DNA of 64,000 nucleotides from the human T2T-CHM13v2.0 reference genome, Homo sapiens: NCBI RefSeq assembly GCF_009914755.1, contig NC_060927.1. One strand, 5' to 3'. Made by a program: the position numbers and the translations under genes. How positions within the stretch are numbered: the stretch's first letter is position 1; each line of letters starts with the position of its first letter. Under the pieces are notes generated by a model. It ran no database searches and was not told where the DNA came from. It saw only the letters and a program-made list of their open reading frames with translations. Positions 1 to 16,339 of this stretch are shown piece by piece.

Positions 1-169
1 TAAGAAGAAAATAACTAAATCAAGTGAATTGTTAGGTGAATCCCATTCATGTTTTGGGACAATGTTTCCCAAAATCTGTTTTACCAATCATTTCCTATGC
101 ACTCCTCTGAGTCTTTACTACACCAATATGCCTGTGACCGTCCAAGCTGGGGAGGTGGTGTTTCTCAGG

Positions 170-425
170 CTTACTGGGAGACAGTTTAGCACAATGGTGA
201 CTAGGTCAGATTCTGGAGTCAGACTGTCTTATCTGACTTTGCATTCTATGCTCTTCAATTTCCTGGATGGGACTTAAGCAAAGTTACTTAAATTCTCAGT
301 GCCTCAGTTTTCTCGTGTGCACATTGGGAATAAGAGAATTATCTAAGGAAATTGGGGCAAAGATGATCCAAGAAGATTGTTTGGAATACTGCCTGGCACA
401 CAAAAACTGCTCAGAAGTGATTAGC
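170..425. mobile_element. MIR SINE remnant
   Basis: MIR core-like text (ctggagtcagactg...cctcagttttctc...tgcctggcacac); approximate limits. Confidence 0.65.
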
Positions 426-1194
426 ATATTTTTGGTACCATGTGTTTATTATTGTCATCATAATGTTAAAAGCATATTGTTCGTATATTTTAATGACGCT
501 ATTTTAACAGCAAATTATTTTCAGAGCTTTTGGAGGAAAACTAGCTCCTTCATATGACTCCCATTTGAGGGCAGTTAACCAGCAGAACCAAGGTGATGAA
601 TCAGTGATATTTTATAAAGTACGCTCACTGTGTCACTAAATAGGACAAACAAGCTGTATAGCCCATCGCTGTGACTCTCCAGAACTTTCATAAACACGTG
701 TATTGGTCCTTTAGCAAACTTCATATTGCTCATTGCAATTAATTTTATGGAGACTCTCAGAAATCACCAGGTTGTTCAGGCCATGGGGAAATCACAATCA
801 GGATACTAAAAAGAATGTCTCCTTGTAATCAAAGTGATTATAATGATTGAATTGTACAGAGGTTCCTCTTTACAGTTCTTGTGTGTTGTTGGTAGCCAGA
901 GTTTTCTGAGCAGATCAGATTCCATTCTCAAATTATTTTTATTTTTCTGCTGCTTTCATAATTTGATGAGATAATCACCCAATACACAGAATTCCTTTAT
1001 TATTTTTATTCCCATCCTTTATTTGCTATTTTTTTTCCTCATCTGTATGTCTGTGAAACTCTTTTTTGGGTTGAAGCTTAATTTTAAGCATAGTAAAATT
1101 AACATTTAGCATGGAAATGTCGATTTGACCTTGCTGAATTTTCCTCATTTGTTGTTTATCTTAATCTATGAAGCACCACCATTTAAGGATGGTT

Positions 1195-1400
1195 TAAACG
1201 TGCCAAGCACTGTGCTAAGTCCATTACCACATACTTCATTTGACTCTCACCACTCAATAAAATAGGTGCAATTATGGCCCCAGTTTACAAATGAAGACAC
1301 TGGGGTGTAGAAAATGTAGGTAATATGTCTAAGGTCACTCAGGCAGCAGGTGGAGATACTGGGAATTAAACCCAGGACCTGCCTGACAGTGAACTTTTAG
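1195..1400. mobile_element. MIR SINE remnant
   Basis: tgccaagcactgtgctaag...tttacaaatgaagacactg...aaggtcactcag; approximate limits. Confidence 0.65.
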
Positions 1401-3152
1401 TTTTTGGTTTACATAGGAATCATGTGTTGGTATTGAGGAAATCATATCTAATTGGAACATTCCTTTCAAAAAAGAAATAATTTTATTTTACTGTATAAAT
1501 ACTACCAACCTCACCAAGCAGTATCAGAGATGAATTAAAATATGAAACACCCTGCTTTGATGGCTAGATTTTATAAGCCATCCTCAGAGCAGCACCAAAA
1601 TAATTTTAGGTATACCCTAGATTTCCAGGATGTTTTTATACTATCAATAAAGTTATGCTTGTTTTAATGAACTTTTACTTCTTCATTTGGAATTAAACCA
1701 GGATTGTATTTGCTGAAATGCTCTCTAGCGCTTTAAAATATAAAGATGAGCCCATTATAAAAAAGAGCTTTATCCCAAAGCAAAATTGACTACTTACGGT
1801 GGAAAAAATATAAAAGAAGGGCCTGAAACAAGAGTATGAGTCTCCCTGCCCTCCAGAAACAGTATTAGAAAGAGGTGTCAATGTATTTGACTTTTAAAAC
1901 TGCAAGGCACATGGACAGATTAGGTACTTTATGACAAATTCCAGAAAGTACCCAACATCCTTTATTAAACAGTGTTTATACCTACTTTAGCTCTCCCAGA
2001 GGAGTGAAAATGGAGATTACTACACTTTCAATAGCAGTCATGTATCAAGAGAAGCAAATCCCAGCTCTCACAGCCCTGTCCAGGGACTATTCCAAATCTC
2101 GGCACTTACTCTTCCAACAGCAGCTTCCATCTTGGGTTTCAACCTATCTATCTGTGACAAGCAATTACAATTCTAACCTTGTTCCCATATTAATATCCTC
2201 AGCCTCCCCTTACGGAATCCACATTGAAAGCCAAGCAAATCAACAAAGGATACAATTATTCCTGTTGTAAATATTTTACTGGATAAACACGTATGTAATA
2301 AATATCTAAGGGCGGCATGGGGAAATTTGAATCCCATAAATATTTGAAAAGTTTTGGGGGACTTTTTACTATTCTAATGCCTTTGCCAAGGAAACAGCAA
2401 TATCTATATGTTGCCAAGCTCTACCTCCTACATAAGCAAATACTTTGAATCAGAGTGATCTGAAGTGCAAATTTAGGACCATTATTCAAATAAAGCATTT
2501 TTAAGCTTCTAAAGATTTTCATTATATTGAACTTGATTCAATCTGATGGTTCCATGTTACCTGGCTCAGGGAGCTTCTGTCCTTGTCTGATTAAAGTCTC
2601 TCTCCCACTCCATGGGGCATCTCCATACAATGCAAATGTTGTTTGACTTCTTAGATTTCAAGTTCAGATTCAGTAAGTTCAGCTATTCTCTGGGCCCTTC
2701 TGTGCTGCCATTGTGTATTTATTCATTCATCCCTTGCCCATATCTCACAGGAGAGAAGGTTCTGCCCTCCCCCATTGTCCACCCTGGTCCCAAAGAGAAT
2801 CAAAGCAATGAAGGTAAGGACTCCCCCAACCTTGGCCTGACCAAGGCTGTGAAAACACTCCTGCCAGACCTTCTAACATACAATAATGCCAAGGAAAGAG
2901 GAATCACGTTTTGGAGGTTTTGTTGGAAAAGTCAGAGAAAAATGTGGGAAGCAGAGTGAGGGAAACTAAAGACTGAGATGAGTGAAACTGCAGAAAGAAT
3001 AAGGCTACCGATGACAAGAGCAAAGAATTAGATAGCATGAACTAGACATGGAAATGGACTCAGAGTAGACTCACGCACTGCACAAAGGGCAGAGCATCTT
3101 TTCAAAGGGCCTGCTGGGGTTTCGAGAACAGTGTCCCAGACGTGATGGATTC

Positions 3153-3448
3153 TTTTTTTTTTTTTCTGGAGACACAGTCTCACTGTCTCCCAGCCTGGAG
3201 TGCAGTGGTATGATCTTGACTCATAGCAACCTCCGCCTCCTGGTTTCAAGCAATTCTTGTGCCTCAGCCTCCCAAGTAGCTGGGACTACAGGCACGCGCC
3301 ACCATGCCTGGCTAATTTTTTGTATTTTAGTAGAGACAGCGTTTCGCCATGTTGCCTGGGCTGGTCTTGAACTCCTGAGCTCAGGCATTCTGCCCACCTT
3401 GGCCACCCAACGTGCTGGGATTACAGGCATGAGCTACCATGCCCGGCC
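3153..3448 (-). mobile_element. Alu (AluS/J type), full length
   Basis: Poly-T followed by reverse-complement Alu; 16-bp TSD ccagacgtgatggatt at 3136-3151 and 3449-3464. Confidence 0.95.
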
Positions 3449-3823
3449 CCAGACGTGATGGATTTCTAAGAGCTTAGAAACCACTCTGAGTTAAGACCTT
3501 CAGTCTCCTTGTAGATATCATGAAACAAATGGTTTTTGGGCCACTTGATGAAGTAAATATTCGAGTAAAAAATCTGAAAGAGACCTGAGGCATAGGCACC
3601 TCCATTTTACCTTGGAATCAACTATGTCCAACACGCTTTCACAGAAAGGAAGTGGATCCAGTGTGATTATCTCTTCACTGAACTGTAATGCTCACTCTTT
3701 GTCTTCTGGGGGTTTGCAAAATCCTCCTGGATCTCCCACATCTTTTGAGAAATCTAACTCCCCTGCTTCAACTCTAATTTCCAAAATGCTGTTTCTCAGA
3801 CCCACTTAAAATAGGAGCATCAC

Positions 3824-3919
3824 CATGAACCCGGGAGGCAGAGCTTGCAGTGAGCCGAGATCATGCCACTGCACTCTAGCCTGGGTGACACAGCGAGACT
3901 CCGTCTCAAAAAAAAAAAA
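3824..3919 (+). mobile_element. 5'-truncated AluY-like fragment
   Basis: Only the last ~85 nt of the right arm (gagcttgcagtgagccgagat) plus the A tail; TSD gagcatcac at 3815-3823 and 3922-3930. Confidence 0.88.
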
Positions 3920-4280
3920 TTGAGCATCACATATTCACCCTCTGCCAGACTTGATTCCCTTTACCGGGCTTCTGGCACTTACAAAGTAACTAGAGAAGAG
4001 GCTTATTATCATATCAACCAAATTCCTGAAACATCTTGGATGAAATCACATGCTCAGCAGAACATGTATTGCCTTAAAAAATATCAATCCTCAACTATGT
4101 TGTACCAGTTTTATGTTTACTTGTTTCTAACCAAGGTAGCACAAGGTGTCTATGTGAATTTTATATTTCCTACATATTTAAATTTTAAAATTGCCTTTAT
4201 AATGCCAACTGTTATTGGATAATCCACCTTGCATGATAATTTTTGGTGTTCAGGCTTAAAAGTTTTTTTTCCAGGGTATT

Positions 4281-4595
4281 TTATTTTGTTTGTTCTGAGA
4301 CATGGTCTCAGTCTGTCATCCAGGCTGGAGTGCAGTGGCATGATCAGGGCTCACTGAAGCTCGACCTCAACCTCCTGGGCTCCAGCCATCCTCCCGCCAG
4401 CGTATCCTGCCCGTTGCCCCAAATAGTTGGACTACGGGTGCAAGCCACCTCTCCTAGCTAATTGTTTTGAATTTTTAGCAGAGACGACGTCTCGCTATGT
4501 TGCCCAGGCTGGCCTGGAACTCCTGAGCTCAAGTGATCCTCCTGCCTCAGTCTCCACAAGTGCTGGGATTACAGGCGTGTGCCACTGCACCCAGC
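4281..4595 (-). mobile_element. AluJ-type element
   Basis: Diverged reverse-complement Alu dimer. Confidence 0.9.
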
Positions 4596-4863
4596 TGTGT
4601 ATTTTATTAAATTAAGTCAACATCTACTATCTACACTGCAGAATAAGTCGCTTCTGAGTATTTATGTCTTTACTGACTTCAAACTCTTTTTCTAAGCTCT
4701 TCACTCAGGGAGTACTTTCTTTCCTTCTTTTGGATGTTCTCATTCCCACAATAAGATTGACCAATTATAAACCCAGCAAGTCAATCCCTGCGTCCTGTTC
4801 TTTTGGGTTAGTCTGTTTGATATCTTTCCATGACATGTTGATAAACGTGTCTAAATCCATACA

Positions 4864-7265
4864 CAAAGCATACCTCGGAGATATCACGGGTTCAGTTCCA
4901 GATCATGGCAATAAAAAAGCAGGTATTCCAGTAAAGTGAGTCATGCAAATTCTTTGGCTTCCCAGTGCATATAAAATTCATGTTCACACTATACTATAGT
5001 CTATTAAGTGTGCAATGGCATTATGTTTAAAAACACTACATACCTTAATTTTAAAATACTTTATTGCTAAATAATGATCACCTGAGCCTTCAGTGAGTTG
5101 TAATCTTTTTTTGCTGATGGAGGGTCTTGCCTTGATGTTGATGCCTGCTGACTGATCAGGGTGGTGGTTGCTGAAGGTTGGGTGGCTGTGGCAACCTCTT
5201 AAAATAAGACAACAATGAAGTTTGCTCTTCCTTCAATGAAAGATTTCTCTGCAGCATGTTGCTGTTTGATAGCATTTTACCCTAAGTAGAACTTTTTTTG
5301 AAATTGGAGTCAATCCTCTCAGACTCTGCCACTGCTTTATTAACTTAAGTTGATTTAATAATCAAAACCCTTTGTTGTCATTTCAACAAAGTTTGCAACA
5401 TCTTTACCAGTAGATTCCATCTCAAGAAACCATTTTCTTTGTTCATCCATAAGAAGCAACTCCTCATCTGTTCAAGTTTTATCATGAGATTACGGCAATT
5501 AAGTCACATCTTCCGGCTCCACTTCCAATTCTACTTCTCTTGCTATTTCCACCACAAAGGAACTTCTGCAGCTTCTTCCTCCACTGAAGTCTCGAAACCC
5601 CTCAAAGTCATCCATGAAGGTTGGAATCAACCTCTTCTAAAATCTTGTTAAGGTCAACATGTCTCCCATGAATCATAAATGTTCTTAATGGCATCTAGAA
5701 GGGTGAATTTTTTTCCAGAAGATTTTCCAAATCTTTCCAAATGGATTTTCCAAATCCATTAGAGCCATCACTATCTATGGCAGGTATAGCCTTACAAAAT
5801 ACATTTCTTAAATAGTAAGACTTAAAAGTCAAAATGACTTCTTGATCCACGAGTTGCAGAATGGATGCTGTGTTAGCAGGCATGAGAACAACATTCATTT
5901 CCTTGTACATTTCCATTAGAACTCTTGGGTGACCAGGTGTATTGTCCATGAGCAGTAATATTTGAAAGAAATTTTTTTCCCCTAAGCAGTAGGTCTCAAC
6001 AGTGGGCTTAAAATACTCAATAAACCACAGCACAACATATGTGCTGTCATCCAGGCTTTGTTGTTCCATTTCTAGAGCACAGGCAGAGTACATTTAGCAT
6101 CATTCTGAAAGGTTCTAGGATTTTCAGAATAGCCAGATGAGCACTGGCTTCAGCTTAAGGTCATCAGCTGCATTAGCCCCTAACAAGAGAGTCAGCCAGT
6201 CCTTTGAAGCTTTGAAACTAGGCATTGATGTCTCCTCTCTAGCTAGGAAAGTCTTAAATGACCATCTTCTTTCAATAGAAGACTGTTTTGTCTACACTGA
6301 AAATCTGTCATTTTGTGTAGCCACCTTCATCCATGATCTTAATAATTAAATCCGCTGGAAAACTAGCTGCAGTTTTATATTTGCACTTGCTGCTTCCCCT
6401 TATACTTTTATGTTACGGAGATGGTTTATTTCTTTAAATCTCATGCACCAACCTCTGCTAGCTTCAAAGTATCTTCTCTAGCTTTCTCCCCTCTCTCAGC
6501 CTTTACTGAATTGAGGAGTTAGGAACTTGCTCTGGATTGGACTCTGGCATAAGGGAATGTTGTGGCTGGTTTGATTTTCTATCCAGACCACTCACACTTT
6601 CTCCATATCAGCAATAAGGCTGTTTCGCTTTCTTAAAATCCATGTGTTCTCTGGAGTGGCACTTTTAATTTCCTTTAAGAAATTTTCCTCTGCATTCACA
6701 ACTTGGATAAATGTTTAGCATGAGGGATCTAGCTTTTGGCCTATCTCAGCTTTTGACATGCCTTCCCTCACTATGCTTAATCATTTCTAGCTTTTGATTT
6801 AAAGTGAGAGATGTGTGACTCTTCCTTTCATATGAAGAGTTAGAGGCCATTGTAAGGTTATTTATTGTCCTAATTTCAATACTGCTTTATCTTGGAAAAG
6901 GGAGGCCCGAGGAAAGGAACAGAGATGGGGAATGGCCAGTCAGTGGAGCAGTCAGAACACATATGACATTTATTGTTTGTCATCTTATGTGGGTATGGTT
7001 TGTGGCACCCCCAAACAATTACAACAGTAACATCAGAGATCACAGGTCATCACAGCAGATATAATAATAATTAATACTAATAAAACTTGAAATATTGTGA
7101 GAATTACCAAAATGTGACACAAAGGCACAAAGTGAGCACCCGCTGTTGGAAAAATGACACTGACAGACTTGCTCGAAGCAGGGTGGCCACAAACCTTCAA
7201 TTTGTACAAAATGAAGTACCTGCAAAGCGCAATAAAATGAAGTGCAATGAAAGGGGGGATGTCTG
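4864..7265 (-). mobile_element. Tigger1 DNA transposon (TcMar-Tigger), near full length, decayed transposase
   Basis: Degenerate CAGGCATACCTC-type TIRs at both ends and about 2.4 kb long. ORF 5695..6093 ([11 protein letters not shown]...[24 protein letters not shown]) is a pogo/DDE_1 transposase remnant. Confidence 0.9.
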
Positions 7266-7887
7266 GACCGCATTTGGCTCTCTCAATCACTTCTCACTAT
7301 ATTTTCTGGCTTCCTTCATCCTTCCTATTAGGAACCTATGTTCTATCATCTTGTGACCACTTTCCTAAATTGTAACAGCTTTCCAGAGTGGTGAATTGGT
7401 GGAATGAACTCCAGACCAGTTGGTAAGTGACTAACCATGCATTTGAAGGAGGGTCAAGTAGATCATCATTCAAGAGGCCAGTGTTTTCCTCCACATTTAG
7501 TGTGGGATATTTTTGGTGCAGAGAAAGTTCTCTGTTCTTGGAATCAACAATTTTAAATTTTTACTGTTTGGTTTTGCATTTACCTTTTCCGTAAGGCACC
7601 GGCTATACCTTTCAAATCTTGAACTATAAAGTTCACTTTCTAGCAGTTAGTATATAAAAATACTCATTTGGTAAATAACTTTCAGATGAAACCCTAATTT
7701 TCTTATTTTATAGATACATGGCATAGAGTTTTTATCACACTATCTTCATAAACTAGATTTTTTCTTGAGAAATACTCACTTTTAGAATATATATTTTATA
7801 ACATGTATAGCAAGACTGAAAAAAGACATTTAAACATTTTGGGACAAGTGTCACCTTCCTCCCAAGAGCAAAGTCAGCTTAGAATAA

Positions 7888-8274
<387 letters not shown>

Positions 8275-8307
8275 TAAACATGAATAATACAATGAGTATT
8301 GGTATTT

Positions 8308-8440
8308 TGTGCTGGGTAACTTTTTATTGTGAGGGCTGTTCTGTGTTCTGTAGGATGTTTTGAAGCATGTCTGACCTAACTAGATGCTACTCACACCCAC
8401 TGCAGACAATGCCAATGTTCCCTGGGGGGCAGAATCACCA
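8308..8440. mobile_element. MER20-like hAT fragment
   Basis: gggctgttctgtgttctgtaggatgttt...ctagatgct...ccctggggggcagaatcacc resembles MER20. Confidence 0.6.
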
Positions 8441-8797
8441 CTTACATAAAAGAACCAAAGATTTGAATTTAACTAATCACAAAAACAAATAAGGACAGGC
8501 CTAGTTTAATGCAGATACAATTTATCAAAAATATAGAGATTTCATTCTTTCTTCATTCACATCCAAAAATTAGGGAAAATCCAGTAGACACAAACTCTTA
8601 GATTCTCCCATTAAATGAAAAACTTTGATATATTCACTTATTCTAAAAAACCATAGTACTGGCTCTGAATTGCCACCATGCAGGTTTTCTCATGTCACCA
8701 TATAATACAGCTCATATTATACATATCAGAGGATCTGTACCACCTGTATTAAAACTATTTTATAGTGTTGAAGACAAGGACACAAAAAGCTAAATAA

Positions 8798-9127
<330 letters not shown>

Positions 9128-9278
9128 TGAAACTTTTATATTTGCAGCAACACAGGGTCACAGGGCTACAGGATTAATTACACAAGAGGGTGAGGTATGG
9201 GTTAGTAACAATGGCTCACGTTTACCTGATGGGTATATTTAGTTAGGGATGAATAAAGCTGCCACTAAATTAATACTA

Positions 9279-9698
<420 letters not shown>

Positions 9699-12179
9699 TT
9701 AAGCAAATGTTATTAAAGGAGAGCTCTGCACCGATGGTCAAAACATTGGCAATACTCAGGGTGTCTGTATAAGGAGCTACTGCCCTGAAACTAGAATTCA
9801 TTGCTGCCATCCTTTCCAGATTCAAAATTAGGGGAATCCCCAGCTTTCCTCCTTAAACCAATTACAAAATTTGGGATAGTTGGCAACTTCAAAGATTTTT
9901 AAGAGCCCCAAAATAACTGGCTGTTCGCTTATTTTGGGACTGCAAATGTGAAACCCAAGGCTGGGATGGATGCTTTTACTCATTCTGTGTTCATGTCACT
10001 TCATTTTTGCCAGCTGTTGTTTAAGCTTCTGCCAATGTTTTGTTCTTTCTCTGTTTAGAAAAATAATCACTGGGCATCTGGTGAGGCATAAGAGTCTGCT
10101 AGCACCAAAAATTCAATCTGAAAACACCTGATGAACAAACACTCAGACTTTCTGCCTTCTCCCCAGAATGATGAAAGCTTTAGAAAAAGGGTGTAATTAT
10201 AAGAGATGAGCCAAGAAAGCACCCAACCTTGAAGCTTATTTTTCCTTTTAGGACCTTTGCTCAAGCAGCTAGTCTTATGTGCTTTCAGAGCGTGGCCTGA
10301 CTGGTTCATTAGCTCTGAAATCATTCTGCTGCCTCACAAAAATCCCCTCAAAGGACTACGAAAATCTAGTACCTATTCAGGCTGAGGACATTGATCCAAA
10401 GCTAGGTTCAAATCATTCCTCACCCTTTTTCCTTTAATCATCTCCTTTCTCATCATCAGTTACCCATATCAAAGACCGAGAAAAGTGCATTTGGAGAGAA
10501 AGGTTTATTCGTGCACTTTGAGGCACTGCATGTCATTGCTAACTTCTAGAGAGAGGTGGCTGGCTTTGAGGCCTGACATAGGATTTCTGGTTAATCTAGT
10601 TAATCATGTATTGAGTTTCAAAGTTCTTATGCATATTCACCTACTTTGAGAATTTGTCTTTCTGGGGACTATGAAGGTAGTTATGCAGTTGAGTTACCTT
10701 TTGGAAAGGGTGACAAATAACATGAGGGACATTACAACTAACTGAGTAGGCTCTTCTGTCATGATTTGGACCTTAAGGGTAAAGTGTGTGGGAAAATGCA
10801 CTTTAATTCCTTTGAATTTCAGCAGATTTGCCTGAGCTTGTATCACAGAATGGAACACCAAGGTAAGATAATTTTTAAAAGTTAACAGTCTATTAGAATA
10901 CAATAGGTAGGTGTGCTGGAATGCTCCCATACTCAAATTCAAGGTCTTGACTAAGTTTAGTTGATCTCCAAGGACAATTGGTATAACAAAGGTATCGAAC
11001 AGCAGGTCTGAGGAAAGCTCAGCAAAGCTCAGAAGCCTCATGCAAGGTATTAGGGAAAGTTTAATTTGTTCGTTGTAAGAGCCAAAGGAAAACAATCAAA
11101 GACCAAATTGTGAGTGTGAATACAATATTCATTATATAACACATAACCTGCCACTTGACATATTTGCTATTTCTTTCTAGAAGGTGAAACTGACAATTCT
11201 GAAATAGTTAGGAACGTCACAGGATGCATGGAGACAGTCAAACTGTAGATCTGAAGAAAATAATTTGGGATTTCTTTCTCCCCTCTTCCTTCTCTTTATT
11301 TTTATATTAAGCAAGAAAGTCTCTGAAATTAATTTTAAAACAAAACCAAAAAACCTTGCTTTGATGTCAGGTCATCCATCCATGACATGCTATGATGACT
11401 TTATTAATGTAGCTCAAAAAGCACTGTTAGTAATAGGCGTTTGTTACTGCAGCCACACATGCATAGACCTGGCTGAGTCACTGTCCCCTGTTAAACATAA
11501 AACTTACGGGGAGACAGCTCCAGCAGGAAGCAACACACCAGGATTAAATGGAGGCCAAGTGAGCTCTACTGGATGAGAATGCTAAAGGGTTGTAGCACCT
11601 TGCTGATTCTAGCCAGTTTCCATGTGGATAAGTCATTCAGGGATAGAGCTGAGGTACATGAAAAGCCCACACAGCCTGCACAGCCCTTCCCCTTCTCCCA
11701 TTGTATTCCATAGTAAGTAACAAATGTGCTTGGGAGATAACAAATGACTTTTTACCCAATCAGGAAGGTGGATCATTTTTGGAGTGTACATCTATAATCA
11801 ATCCATTGCAATGGGAAGCAGATTCATATATCACTAGTTTCTGCAATCATCTGGGTTTCTATTGGTCTTTGCTAGTGTACCCAGAAGAGAGTGAATCCTT
11901 CTGAGAAAGTGACAACTGTGTTTCTCCATACTTTGCTGAAACCCTCAATGTCTGGACGAGACAGGAAAATCGAATGACTCTTAACTCAGATTTTAACCAG
12001 ACTTTAAATCAAGCAACAGTAAAAATATTATTTAAAATTAAAAAAAATTCCTATGGGGATAGAGTAGAGAAAGAACACAGATGAGGCAGACTAGCATCTC
12101 ATGTAGTATTTTTACTCCTTACACCTCTGTTTTTCCTAGAGCATTTTTACAGCCGTATGCTCCTTGTAAAAACTCTTAA

Positions 12180-12773
<594 letters not shown>

Positions 12774-12893
12774 TAATTACCCAGAGCAAGAAGCTATAAA
12801 GCATTTCTGCACGTGAGGTCTGAGTCAGCTTTCACTCGCAAGAGAACAAAAACTCCCAGGCATGGTGGGAAACCCTGGGTAATTTCACGTTCA

Positions 12894-13286
<393 letters not shown>

Positions 13287-13979
13287 TCAAAACGTGAACC
13301 GAGGGGAGGAGACAGCACCTGGTTTCACAATACCTGGATATACGGATTGAAAGCAGCTTCTCTTGACAAATATTAACCATTCAGTATCTACGAACATTGA
13401 TCCCACCTAACACCAAATGGGACTCCCAAATAGCGTTTGTTGTTTATAGCATGCTATATGTCGACATCCACACTCAGAATCAAGTCTGCAGCAAGATCGG
13501 CCTGCTGTGAAATATTTCCCCATTGCACAAAGGGAAGGGCCTAAGCGTAGGTGAGGGCTACACCCGTGAAGACCGCCATCTTGGCTTCATAGATACAACC
13601 TTGGATGCACGTTCACATTGTCATTACTTTCCAGTCACATTTCCACCCAGCTTTTTCCATCAGGCGACAAACAGTAAGGTGATGGTAACGTTGAGGCTAC
13701 CCGCCCTATGTGGGGTTCATGACAACACCTGTGAGACATACACATGCTTCTCTTCTTAGCTTCCAGGTGTCAACATCGACTCTGATCACAGAACTGGATA
13801 CACTGGCCTCCTTCTGAATTTAGTCACCATTCTAGTGTTACCATCAGACTGCAAGGTAAAGCACTCCTAAATAGCCAACACCGTAGGTGGAACCAACTAT
13901 GCCAAAAAACAAAATGTGTGTTGTGTCCAAGTTTTGGATCAGACTGTATTTATTTCCAAAAGCTTCTCTTTTCATAGAT

Positions 13980-14290
13980 TGTTTTAATTTTGGAAAAATA
14001 AGCATAACAAATTTTTAAACCATTTTTAAGCATACAGTTGAGTGGTATTAAGTGCATTCACATTTTTGTGCAACCATCATCATCATCCATCTCCAGAATT
14101 TTGTCATTTTCCCAAATTGAAACTCTGTACTCATTAAAAACTAATTCCCCTTCCTATTTCCTCCACCCCCCACCAACCATCATTCTGCTTTCTATCTCTA
14201 TAAATTTGACTACCCTAGGTATCTCATATAAAGGGAATCAATATTTCTCCTTTTGTGACTAGTTCACTTGCATAATGTCTCTTCATAGAT
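13980..14290 (-). mobile_element. Old L1M 3'-end fragment
   Basis: ttaagcatacagttgagtggtattaagtgcattcaca...tctccagaa...aatttgactaccctaggtatctcatataa is typical of a reverse L1M 3' UTR. Confidence 0.75.
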
Positions 14291-15437
14291 TTGACACGCC
14301 TTTTACACAGAGCTAAAAATCCAAAATATTTAAGATTTAAAAAAATAAACCTGAAACAACAAAAAAAATCACATTGCCTTACTATTTCTATTTGGGCCAG
14401 GGAAGCGAGATAGTTAGTTTTCATCTCATCTCAAAAACTCGTTCCAGCTGACTGCTTTTAGCTACATGGAATAGTATGTTAAGAAGGATTGTGAGGTCAC
14501 AAACACACTGGAATTTAACATCTTAATTCTATAATTAATCATATACCATTTAAAATGGGTTATACTCTTTTTTTTTAAAAGAAGTTACCAATTAATTTTA
14601 TCTGACAGGTATCTGTTTCACTAATATGAATGCCAAGAGAATTCATAATATTTCAGGTCATATTTCTCCAGTAATTCCACTGATAGAAGACAATCACCTC
14701 TGCTGCACTCTGGGTTCTGCCTTAAAGGTTTCAAGGTGGGAGCTGCATCCAAAGGTGAACAACCAAGGTGTGTTCAACGTGAGCTTTCAAGGGAAAGGAC
14801 AAACACTCACACAATTCACTGTCTCAAAATGGCAGATTCTGATACAGCAGTAAACCATGAGTCACTAGAATGGCAAGGAGGGAATGCTAAAATCTGAAGG
14901 CAGTTGGAGGAAGGAGGAATTTCCAAGGGAAGAAAGTTATATTTGAGCTGAGCCTGAAAGGATATGTAGTATTTTGAGAATTAAAGTTCAAAGCTTATGG
15001 GCAGGAAGAAGGAATCAAAGCTGACCTAGAACTGGCCAGCTCTACAACTTTCTTGTAGAAAGAAAAAAAAAAAATCTTGGTTTAATACATAGGACAGTAA
15101 GAAATCAGTAACTTTTTTATGAGCTTATTTTGTAGCACAAACCCGATTTTTGTTCCCTTGATATGAAGCTACAACTCTTCTGACTTTCATAATGACCTCA
15201 TTTGCTGAGGATTAGCATCAAATGAAGAGGATGGCTAAGTTCTGATTTGCAAGGAGATAGAAGGGAAGTAATATATATTCAACTAGCCTTCCTCTGGAAG
15301 CCTTTGTTGAACACATGCAAACGGCACATTAAAGTACTTTAGAATGACAGTAATTTTTGCAGGGTTTGAGAGAAGCAAGCCATCTGGAAATTCTGAGCTT
15401 GATCACATTTGCAAACATTTGCTAAAATAGACGCTCA

Positions 15438-15794
<357 letters not shown>

Positions 15795-16339
15795 TCATTC
15801 ATTCATGTCTGCAGGCATGCCGCAAACATTTATTGAGCACCCACTGTGTACAAGACATTGTGCTAAGCACTGCAACAATTCTTAAATGGTGGAAAGAGTA
15901 TTTCTTGCTTAGTTTCCAGATGTTTATCTGTGGCCTATTGATGACTCACTCTCTTTTTCCCCTTTGCAGATATAAATTACTTTTCTCCCTTCATTGTATA
16001 CCCTATTCTTCTTTGGTAGCTACCTAAAAACTCTCTTTCCATAAAACTCTGCTAATTAAAATATTAATATTACTTTTATTTACGGGTCTAGCATCATGCC
16101 TAGGAATAGGGAATCTGTAATAAATACTCTTAAATGAATGAATGAAGCAAAAGTTGGTTGGACATCTCCATTTTTGAAGTCTTTTAGCACCCGAAAGCAG
16201 AGCACTCTTTATAGTTAGTGTCTTGCTGTTATATTTGCCATTCACTAAACCTTAGCTAAAATATTTGTGCCTGCCTTGCCTTTCCAGCAGACAATAATGC
16301 TATAGCTACCTTTACGTGGCATTTATAGTTTACAAAGAA

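Noticed and set aside
11383-11480. Box C (ATGATGA, 11392) and box D (CTGA, 11473) snoRNA-like layout
   Set aside because: It lies antisense to the host pre-mRNA, the terminal stem is poor and I recognise no guide sequence, so it is likely chance.
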